Source of the DNA: Octopus sinensis
Taxonomy: Eukaryota
Length of the DNA stretch: 64,000 nt
Assembly (NCBI RefSeq): GCF_006345805.1
Contig: NW_021833067.1
Location: 1 to 64,000, forward strand
Direction: 5' to 3'
The notes below the pieces were generated by a model. The model searched no databases, had not been told where the DNA came from, and worked only from the letters and a program-made list of their open reading frames with translations. Made by a program: the position numbers and the translations under genes. This document shows, piece by piece, positions 12,681 to 64,000 of the stretch. Positions within the stretch are counted from its first letter, which is position 1; each line of letters starts with the position of its first letter.

Positions 12681-14875
12681 GCATGTATAGTGGGTTGCAT
12701 TATGTATACACTTTATATATAGGCAAATATATAGAATATTGTAAATGTATAGCTTTTGTTATTTTAGCCCAAGGTCAGGCCTGATTTAGCAGAGATGTGA
12801 TCATAGGCGTTCAAACCGTGACCATACATCCATCCGCGCTCTACTACCTCCTCCACCATTTATTGCAGTCTCTGTACATTCTGGAGTAGATTAATACAAA
12901 GTACAAATTTCTCTTTTATGACATTAGGATATGGCTTGAACTAGATTTAGCTGCTATTTCTTACATGTTGGCGTGGAGGCTCCCTTTTTTGTACCTCTGG
13001 CTCGAGTCGGTGTCTAAACAACGGCATGTGATGAGTGAGGTATATTTGTCGGCTGCGGTTTTAACCCAGCCATGATTTATATCTGAAAATCGGCCACAAA
13101 AATCAATACAGTCTACCAAAGTGTCTTTAATATCATAACAAATCCTCAAATAAAATTAGATGTTTCACCGGAAACTGATTGTAGGCCGGAAGTAGATCGT
13201 TCAATGCAAAAGAAAAGAGAGGAAAAAATGAAAAGGAATGAATGGTGCCGATAAATCTGGTCGTTGTTGTTGTTGGTGTTGTTGTTTCTGAATATCTTTC
13301 GTTTTATTTATTCATTTATGTTATGATTTGGTGATCCTTATATTAATATATCATATCTTCCGAAATATTTATTTAAATTTTGTTTTGGCTTCTTCATTTT
13401 ATTTTATTTCTTTAATATAAATGGCGTCACTATGATCCTGACTTAATACTTGCTGCCCGTTTATTTAGTCTACAAAACTTTACATCGATAGAAGAAGAAG
13501 AAGAAAATAATAATTGATAAGAAGAACAACAACTAGATTTCTTCAAACCCAAATCAATCACATAAGTACGTTGGTTGTTTACTTTATATTAGATATTTAT
13601 TCGAGTTTGTGTAGAAGAGTTGGCAAAGCCATCTGATGAAGGCAATGATTTCAAACAACCAGCCGACGTTTATTTCTAGAACAGAGTGCATAATATATTT
13701 GTCGTCTGCCTTATTTTATTACAATCTTCGTTCAGTTTTCCAAACAACAAGCAAAACAAAATGAAACCAAAACTAAATCGAGATTCATTTTACGCTTAGA
13801 GATCGTTTTTCAGAAAATATTTGTAGTGATTTCGCTGCTGTTCTTGTTCTTGTTGTTGTTTTATAACTAGATTTCTCCTTTTCCTTTCCAAATACTTTCA
13901 TTTTGTTTCATTGTATGGATGAAATAAAGTGAAAATAAAATGTAAAAAGAAAGACGACGAAAACTTGATCAAATTTGTGTGAAATCTATAAATATGGTAG
14001 GTGGTTCGGGTCTTTTTATCTTTTTCATATTTTATATTTATTTTTTGATAAAGCAGTTTTCCATTGATGGTTCTAAAGCCCTTAATTTTCTTCATTTTCC
14101 CATTCACATCACGTTGGTCTGCACAAATCTTTGGATGTGATTTTCTAGTACTTTTTTTCTTTCTTTTTCTTATTTCTTTCTTGTTTTTTTTTTAACTTCC
14201 ACACTTCGTGTCTGAGTCTATTTTTGTTTCTTCTCCTTCTCCTCTCCCTCCACCTCTCCTTCTTCTACTACTACTACTACAACTACTACTATTACTACTA
14301 CCACCACCACCACCACCACCACTACTTTTACCATTACTACCACCACTACTTTTACCATTACTACTACTACTAATACTACTACTACGACTACGTCTACTAC
14401 TACTACTACTACTACTATTGCTACTGCTGCTGCTGTCGCCGCTATGGCACTACTGCTGCTGCTGCGGCTGCTGCTTCTCTTTCGCCTCTTCGTCTTCAAC
14501 TATTTCTTCTCCTACTACTCCTCTCCTCTTCCTCTTTTTCTTTCTCTCCTTTCTTCTTCAAATCTCTCCGATTTCGATTTCCAAAAACAACAATAAAAAC
14601 CAAAACCATACACACACACACAGATATATGTATGTAGATAGATAGATATACATGTATACATATATGTATACACACAAATACATAGAGAGAGAGGGGGAAG
14701 AAGAGGAGGAGAGGGAAGGAGAGAGAACCATGACAACATCAACAGCAGCACTAAATGTTAATAATAACAATCCTTTCTGCTATAAGCCCAAGGCTTGAAA
14801 TTTAGAGGGGAGGGTTAAGTCGATCACACTGACCCCCAGTGCATAACTGGTACTTATTTCATTGACCCCGAGATA

Positions 14876-15293
14876 TAGGCGTAGGAGTGGGTGTGTGGTA
14901 AGTAGCTTGCTTACGAACTACATGGTTCTGGGTTCAGTCCCACTGCGTGGCACCATGGGCAAGTGTCTTCTGCTATAGCCTCGGACCGACCAAAGCTTTG
15001 TGAGTAGATTTGGTAGACGGAAACTGAAAGAAGCCCGTCGCATATATGCATATATACGTGTGTGTGTGTGTGTGTGTGTATTTGTGTGCCTGTGTTTGTC
15101 CCCCGCAACATCGCTTTACAACCGATGCTGGTGTGTTTACGTCCCCGTAACTTAGTGGTTCGGCAAACGAGACCGATAGAATAAGTACTGGGCTTACAAA
15201 GAATAAGCCCTGGGGGTCGATTTGCACCGACTAAAACCGGTGCTCCAGCATGGCCACAGTCAAATGACTGAAACAAGTAAAAGAGTAAAAGAG
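14876..15293 (+). mobile_element. tRNA-derived SINE family A (octopus OR/OK-type, CORE-like box), nested in a family B SINE
   Basis: A/B-box head (ggagtgg...ggttcagtccc); accatgggcaagtgtctt; internal (TA)/(TG) tract; (aaaagagt)n tail. Confidence 0.85.
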
Positions 15294-15770
15294 TATATGA
15301 AAGACAAAGTCGACCTCGACGGCTTTTGAACTCAAAACGTAAAGACGGACGAAATGCCGCTAATCGTTTTGTCCGGTGTACTAACGATTCTGCCAGCTCA
15401 TGACATCACTGTAAGGGTTTCTGTTTAAGTATGAGGCCAGAGGTTTTGAGGGGAGGGGATTAACCGATATCATCGACTCCAGTACTTGTCTGGTACTTTC
15501 TTTTATCGGTACTTTTTGGTTATCTCACCCCCATTAAAAAAATTACCATTAAAAGACTGGGTTATCTCCCCACTAAAAAATCGAGTTAATACGGCGACAA
15601 GAGATTGGATTAAAAGAGTTGGATCCTTTTGATTCAATACTTCGACACATTATTCACGTTTGGCTTCTTCAATAGGAATGGAATGATTTTGTTCTAAAAA
15701 TGTTATCAGATTCAGTAAGATGTTTAATTTTTTCAGTTTCCATGTTTATTAATTTCTTTTAGTTTTCATG

Positions 15771-16180
15771 TTTACTCTTTTACTTGTTTCAGTCATTTGA
15801 CTGCAGCCATGCTGGAGCACCGCCTTTAGTCGAGCAAATCGACCCCAGGACTTATTCATTGTAAGCCTAGTACTTATTCTATCGATCTCTTTCGCCGAAC
15901 CGCTAAGTTACGGGGACGTAAACACACCAGCATCGGTTGTCAAGCGATGCTGGAGGGACAAATACAGACACACAGACATATACACACACATACATACATA
16001 TATATATATATATACACGACGGGCTTCTTTCAGTTTCCGTCTACCAAATCCACTCACAAGGCTTTGGTCGACCCGAGGCTATAGTAGAAGACACTTGCCC
16101 ATGGTGCCATGCAGTGGGACTGAACCCGGAACCAAGTGGTTGGTAAGCAAGCTACTTACCACACAGCCACTCCTGCGCCT
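15771..16180 (-). mobile_element. SINE family A, full copy
   Basis: Near-identical to the other family A copies. Confidence 0.85.
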
Positions 16181-16736
16181 ATACACACACACACATACAC
16201 ACACACACACATAAATGTTACAAGAAATATATTTGCATAGATGCTATATTCGACCCTTATCACATGTTGCTTTGACCAATCGGAGATCATCAACACCACC
16301 ACCATAACTTCACTACTATAACAACCATCAACACCACCACCACCACTGCTACTGCAATATCACAACAGACATCGATGTCATCTCTAATATCTTTACCGTC
16401 ATCGTCATCACAATAATCAATCATCATCATCATCATCATCACTGTGGCAGCCAAGAGAGATGATAAAAACAAATAAAGAATGAAAATAAAAAAACATAAG
16501 ACAATTTTTTTTATATATAAAAAATTTTATTGACGATAAAATATATTTATATTGAAAATTATATTTGAGTATGCACGATTATAATTATGTATAAACACAC
16601 ATGTGTATATACAAACCAATATATACATACATACACACAAACATATACACATGCAAACATGTATACAATATATATATATATATATACACATATTACAAAT
16701 ACACATATATGTACACACACGCACATATACACACCT

Positions 16737-16768
<32 letters not shown>

Positions 16769-19496
16769 ACCTACACACACACACACATATATATATATAT
16801 GTATATATATATAAACCCAATCTTGCACACATCTATGATAACATTACAATTTGTTGCAATAACAGTCGAGTGTTGAGTGGTCAGTCAGTCACACGCCGCC
16901 CTCCATTCCTCTCTCTCACCACCCTCCCTACGACCCTTCCCTCCCCCCCCACCCCCACCACTGCCCTACAGTCCACGCTAAATCCACCAAGAGATCCCTC
17001 ACTGAACCTGTCACGAACGCATTCACCGGACACACCCTGTATTGTGTCCTTCATCCATTGCAACATCTAGCTTCCATTACATCTATTGTTATCACCAAGC
17101 ATACGTCATCATTACTACAGTTATTATAGGTATAAAAAATATTATTATGGTTATTATTATTATTATTATTATTGTTATTATTATTATTATTATTAAAAGT
17201 ATGCAGTGTTGTAAACAAAAACAAGTTGATCTCTTTGAGAATAGCAATGGTACAAAAATAAATTCTTCATATCTTTATGACCGTTTATTAGAGATAAAAA
17301 AAAAAAAAAGTAAGAACATGTTCAAGACCGCAAAAAAATTGTTCTTTGTAATTCTCATTTGAGTTGCCATCCATTCCTCCAGCCCACCAGAACGCCCCCC
17401 ACACCCATCCACAGAGACCTCTATTTCATGTACAAATATAGATCTGGTGAGGTCTCTCAGAAATGGTAAATATATTCCATTGTTATAATTTATTTATTCT
17501 TTGCACTCCAAAAGAAAATTAGAGCGAGAACCGCATATCACGTAGAACAGTGTTCTATGAATGGTACGAGGAATGACATCATGGAATCCAGTTTGGATTC
17601 CAGCGAGCAGTGTCTTTTTGGTAAATGAAATCCTGAAGGAATTACAATCTAACATTTGAAATGAGATTGAACTGAGAACGTTTACGAGTTATTACTATCA
17701 TTTGTATGTTTGTTTTCGTTAGACAAAATTTGCTAAAGCAGTCGTTTATGGCAGATGCCTTGGATGGTGCCAATTCTTACTGGTTTGGCAAATAAGGCAC
17801 TTTATTCCACTGGTCATTTCACATGTGAAACTGATGAGGTAAAGGACAGATATATCACCACTGTCAACATATATATACACACATATATATATACATATAT
17901 ATAAAATACACACATCATCACCATCGTTTAATGCTTATTTCATTTCCCATACTAGAGTTTGTTGAACCAGATCTCCCACAGCTGAACACCTTCCCTGTAA
18001 CTAACTCTCACCTATTTCCAGATGTTTTTCATAGAACACTGGAAACAAACAACAATGCATGCATGACAGTGACACTTGGTTACGACCATCACATGATCTA
18101 TAGACAAGGGTGCACGCCCATGTCCACTAAATACCTTGTGTCCATCAGCCATCAGAGTAAACCCAACAATGACCACTGTGTGAATGTTGTAAGGAAAACT
18201 TGTGAACTTTCAAAATTGCTCACATGAAAGATTAATTTCCTTCAAATTATTTCCCATTTTCCCATTGCATGATTAAACAGTCTTATCAATTGAAACCGGT
18301 AGCATATCTTGAAAAAAAAAATCAATATTTCCTTCCTTTTATCCAATATAAAGTTCTCAAAGAATTTTTTATATTTTTCATAAAAATTTACTCCTATGAA
18401 ATTTCTTAATCTTTTCAGTACACACACACACACACATACACACACAAACAAATGTATATATATACTTAATTCAAATAAACAAACAATAAAAAACAGAGGA
18501 AAAAGAAAAAAGCGAATGTGATGACGTGTGTGTGTGTGTATTTGTATTAGTATATAAAAGTGTTATAATATGCTAACTTATATATGCACATATATATATA
18601 TATATATATACATACACACATACATATATATGCAAATGTATATATATATATATACAAAGTTAATCCAAAACAAGAAAACACAGAAAAAAAGAGAAAAAAC
18701 ACAGCAACGCAGGACGTGGAACAATTAAAGTATTATATATATGCAAATGTATATATATATTATATATATATATATATATACATACATATATGTGTATATA
18801 TATATATATGCACATACATATATACGCACATATATATGTACATATATACATATATATATACATATATGTGCATATATATATATGCACATATATACATGTA
18901 CATGCATATATACATATGCATATATATATACGTGTATATATATATACATATATATATACACATATATACATATATACATATACACACATACATATATATG
19001 CATGTATATATATGCATATATATATATTTATATACACATACATATATATGCATATGTATATATATATATATATATATATACACACAAACACACACATACA
19101 TATATATGCATATACATACACACACACAGAGATACACACACACACGTATAACAATCATAAATTGATGTAATTAAAGAATTATCTCATTGTTTCTAACTTT
19201 AAAAATTCTGTGGATACTTGTGGATTATCTGGCATGTGTTTCATAAAGCAATCAATCTGCAGATTATTGCCTGTCCTACCCCCTGTACAACTGGATGAGC
19301 TTAAGAGGATTAATGCACAAGTGTAATTTTACATACACACACTGTAACTTCTGCCCAGTTGCCATCTACCAAATTCCAATCACAAGTTACTGAACGACTC
19401 AAGATATTTGTTCAAGATTGCACTTGCCCAAGGTGCCACACAGCCAGATTGAACCCACAGTTATGCAGTTTCAATGTGAGCTTCTTAACAACAAGC

Positions 19497-19555
<59 letters not shown>

Positions 19556-19639
19556 TAACACTTATATTTGTGTATGTGTAGATCACAAATTAAAAAGGGT
19601 GGCTTGTTAGCAATTAGAACTTAAAGGGAAAATTAATAG

Positions 19640-19881
19640 AGGTCTCAAACGTGACAAAGGGTATTGACTAGCACAGCCTTTGCTAAAAATAAGAGTTAAA
19701 CCAACTCTAAAACCACAAAAGCACTGTTTTAATGAGTTAATCGCAATACAACTGAGTATACTAGGGACTTACCTCCCTTTGTCAGTCATTAAGACAGTGC
19801 TTTTGTGGCTTTGAAATTGTTTTAACTTTTATTTTTAGCAAAAGTGGCGCTAGTCAGAACCCTCTGTCACTTTTGTAACCT
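19640..19881. repeat. Degenerate inverted repeat, about 97-bp arms (old MITE or fold-back)
   Basis: gtgacaaaggg...tgctaaaaataa...ccacaaaagcactgttttaatga pairs with tcattaagacagtgcttttgtgg...ttatttttagca...ccctctgtcac. Confidence 0.75.
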
Positions 19882-19906
19882 ATATATATATATACACACA
19901 TATGTA

Positions 19907-19951
<45 letters not shown>

Positions 19952-20466
19952 TATATATATATAGATTAATATTAAACAGCAGTTTGCAATGTTTCACCAA
20001 AATAGAGTATTACAAGTGTCACTAAATGTGACTGGGGTGTTAGGAAACAACTACATTGCTAGAAATAAGAGCTAAACCACTCTAATGCTGTAGTTAATGC
20101 ACCAAATGAAAACCTACACTAACAGAGACCATAATTGTCTGAAAAGTGCCATATATGTATGTGTGTATGTATGTATATATATATATATATATACATATAT
20201 ACACACACACACACCCATATGCATGTGTGTGTGTATATATATCTTTTTATGTATGTGTGTGTTTGTGCATGTATGTGTTAGTATGTATGCATGCATATGT
20301 GTATGTATGCATATATATATGCAGTTATCTGAGCTGTTAAAAGTTTAACATTGTTAAGAATGTATATAACATAAAATATATATGTATATATAATACAAAA
20401 ATGCCTTGTACAGTTCCCCACCCCCAAAATATATATTTTCATATAATATACAAAAATTAATCCGGT

Positions 20467-20497
<31 letters not shown>

Positions 20498-20772
20498 TAC
20501 ATACATACACATAATTAAAGGATAACACCATTAAAATTAATGAATTTTATCAGTATCCAGCATATAAAAAATAACTTTTTAGGTAAAATTTATATACAGA
20601 GGTATATAATTGCATTCTATATAATTACATACCTATATATATATATATATCATGTTGTTTACGTTCTGTCACATCCTGTGACCACATATGCATGTATATA
20701 CATATATATGTAAGTATCTACATATATGCATGTATATATGCATATATATATTATTTATATTATTATTATTAT

Positions 20773-20824
<52 letters not shown>

Positions 20825-20828
20825 TATA

Positions 20829-20978
20829 TCATCATCACCATCATTTAATGTCTGTTTTCCATGCTGGCATGGAATGGATAGTTTAAAAGGAGTTGGCAAA
20901 GCCAGAGGCCACACTAGATCCCTTGTTTTGGCTTAACTTGGTTTCCACAGCTGGATGCTCTTCCTAATGCCAATCACT
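20829..20978 (-). mobile_element. Degenerate RTE 3' tail just downstream of the bark stop
   Basis: ccatgctggcatgg...ctggatgctcttcctaatgccaatcac motif. Confidence 0.7.
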
Positions 20979-21061
20979 TGTTTGTTTCGGTGGTTTAAAA
21001 ATTCTAATGATGGTGATAATAATAAAAGTCAAGTTCATTTTGTTTTTGTCTGAGAGTTTGA

Positions 21062-61498
<40,437 letters not shown>

Positions 61499-62330
61499 GC
61501 TTCCTGTCTACAGGTGGATCTTCTTTCCCCGAGTATACATATATATATATATTAGTACAGTAACTGAAATATAAATATGAATATATATATATATATTAGT
61601 CACTATACTGGAAGCGATTGCTTTTCAAGGATAATAATAGAAAAAAATAAAACTGAAAAGAAACGATAGGTTTTTAATCCGGGTCACTCGTCAAGGAGAC
61701 ACTTCGTCGAAAACAATTGTTTTTAAGTTCTCAACTTCCACCGTGACAACGATTATAAAAATGTGAGTTGTGGAAGTAGTAGTTTTTAATAATAATAATA
61801 ATAATTAATTCTTTTTATTGGCCACAAGGGCTGACACTCATGATTAGTAAACATAAAGGAACAAAACAGGACGAAAGGTTACAAAGGGTTTTGTCCTTTT
61901 TTGAAAAAAAATCGAGTTTAACAACGAAAGATTGTAACAATAAAAACTCCAATAATAATAATAATAAATACTAGTTGGTAATAAGTAATGTGGGTCGTTG
62001 TGATGTTGTTTAGAGGGTCATTCAGTTGAGATGGCCCAGTTAGTGAATACCGCCCTGTCGACCTAATGAGTAACAATCATGGTTAATACAAACAGCAACA
62101 GAAAATCTACCTACCTGGATGTTAAAACATCTACATGTTTTTCATTTAAAACTGAACAGTCCGTTAACGCGCACCTGTTCGAATCCCCTGCGGATATATA
62201 TATAGATATAAGTTTTTACATGAACTGTCCGAATAGGGGTATTTGTAAAAGTGGTCCCTGTAAGAGATAAGAAGTCTGTTTCCTCTGTTGTGGTTATTTT
62301 TTCTTTAAATCCGGTTGAATCGATGTGAGA

Positions 62331-62345
62331 AAACTTACCTGACCT
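62331..62345 (-). other. Candidate splice donor of a 5' UTR exon of bark
   Basis: Consensus CAG|GTAAGT on the minus strand in non-repetitive sequence about 840 nt upstream of the ATG; no transcript support. Confidence 0.3.
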
Positions 62346-62674
62346 AATTAGCTTTTTTTTTTTCTTTTACCTGTGGACTTAACACAGGTATCATAGGCAA
62401 GCATTGGTCATGTGACACGATCAGCCTGACATCTACCTGTGGGATTGTGAAGCGCTGAACAATAACAAGACAGAGAAAAAAGGAAAACTCACTCACTCTT
62501 ACCGACTCGACCACGACCACCACCACTGCTTCAAACAATAACTTCAACAAAATGTCGAGGAAGGAATTTTTAAGCAGTCACTAGATCTGTTAGAAATAAC
62601 AGTTAAATTCCCTCAATCACAGGCTGCCGTCATAAAAAATAATGGCTGAATACATCCATGTGCGTGTGTGTATA

Positions 62675-63071
62675 TCTTTATATATAAAAGTCAAGTTGTG
62701 TGTCTGTCTCCTACGATTTAGATTCCTAACTACTCCCACATTTTGCGGTGCAGTTTAACCAAAAGCGGGTATCTTATAGTCGTGATTCATATCGAGCCCT
62801 TCTGGGTATTAGCGCGCGTCTACGATGAGTCTACGATTTTAAAAATAATTTACTATCATTTTTTTCCATTTTAATGCATTTTTTCGCTATTATATAAGGG
62901 AAGTAACTCTCTAAAAATGTCTACGATGAGTCAACGAGTTTTAAAAAATTTACCATCATTTTTTTCCATTTTTAATGCATTTTTTTTGCTATTTTTTGGC
63001 TATAACTCCCTAAAAATGCTTATATAGTTATTTCCCTTACAAACCCGAGCAACGCCGGGCGATAATGCTAG
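62675..63071 (+). mobile_element. Non-autonomous Helitron, family 1
   Basis: A|TC...cccgagcaacgccggg...CTAG|T. Confidence 0.78.
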
Positions 63072-63104
63072 TATATATATATATTATATATTATCTATAT
63101 AGTC

Positions 63105-63495
63105 TCTCTATATATAAAGCTGAAGTTGTCTGTGTGTGGCAGGTTTGGTAGCCTTCAACTAACACTATCTCCTCCGAGACCCTGCGGCACAAGTTGACCA
63201 AAATTGAGAGTATCATAGAAGAAGGCTTGCTCTTCCTTCCGTAGAAGAAAATATTCAAATTGGACCATGTTAAACACCAAAAATTATTTACATCAAAAAG
63301 GTCCTTTTTTACTATGAAAATCCCTATTTTTTACGATATTTTGACTGCTGTATCGCCATTTTTCGGTGTATTTCAACCAGAAAAATGTTCACTTAAAGAG
63401 AATAACAAGCTACATAATGCAAAATTTTTAGTTTTCAAAAATACCAATTCTAAAGGGTCGAAACAAACCCGAGCAATGCTGGGCGATACTGCTAG
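63105..63495 (+). mobile_element. Non-autonomous Helitron, family 2
   Basis: TCTCTATATATAAAGC...cccgagcaatgctgggcgatactgCTAG|T; near-identical to 56760-57129. Confidence 0.78.
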
Positions 63496-63536
63496 TAATC
63501 GATAAAATTGAACCAGTCTACAACTTGGAAAGAGTT

Positions 63537-63931
63537 ACTCTTTTACTCTTTTACTTGTTTCAGTCATTTGACTGCGGCCATGCTGGAGCACCGCCTTTAG
63601 TCGAGCAACTCGACCCCGGGACTTATTCTTTGTAAGCCCAGTACTTATTCTATCGGTCTCTTTTGCCGAACCGCTAAGTGACGGGGACGTAAACACACCA
63701 GCATCGGTTGTCGAGCAATGCTAGTGGGACAAACACACACACATGCATATATATATATATATACATATATACGACAGGCTTCTTTCAGTTTCCGTCTACC
63801 AAATCCACTCACAAGGCATTGGTCGGCCCGAGGCTATAGTAGAAGACACTTGCCCAAAGTGCCCCGTGGTGGGACTGAACCCGGAACCATGTGGTTGGTA
63901 AACAAGCTACTTACCACACAGCCACTCCTGC
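63537..63931 (-). mobile_element. SINE family A, full copy
   Basis: Near-identical to the other family A copies. Confidence 0.85.
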
Positions 63932-64000
63932 AGTTAGACCATAAATTAAGTTTAAGTATTTTCGTTAATGAAGGAATATTCCTATCCAGAATATTTTTGC

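Noticed and set aside
12961-13149. Cys-containing minus ORF as an upstream exon of the 9.3-9.9 kb candidate
   Set aside because: Its donor is phase 2 while the candidate exon needs phase 1; no further support.
13633-13670. CTGATGA as a hammerhead core (also at 17831)
   Set aside because: No stem II closed by GAAA downstream.
16526-16531. bark poly(A) signal (AATAAA on the minus strand)
   Set aside because: One of many such hexamers in AT-rich DNA, 4.5 kb from the stop; cannot be assigned without transcript data.

Overview
Eukaryotic, AT-rich, microsatellite-dense DNA. The SINE, RTE and Helitron repertoire points to an octopus genome (inference). The main feature is one complete minus-strand gene, a bark beetle/anakonda homologue (tricellular septate-junction protein). 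I assembled 15 coding exons by hand from the ATG at 61498 to the TGA at 21062. All introns are GT-AG and phase-compatible, giving 9054 nt and 3017 aa: signal peptide, three beta-helix/SRCR/CUB-like repeats, C-type lectin-like domain, TM helix and cytoplasmic tail. Introns and the downstream 21 kb hold several tRNA-derived SINE families, two head-to-head RTE LINEs with a PHD-type finger inside the RT, CR1, Penelope and mariner fragments, non-autonomous Helitrons, and hAT/piggyBac/mariner MITEs. Most notable: three minimal Penelope-type hammerhead ribozyme motifs in intron 1, several long fold-back palindromes, a MITE expanding into a tandem array, and a possible unannotated Cys-rich exon pair near 9.3-9.9 kb. 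Most ORF-track entries are microsatellite artefacts.
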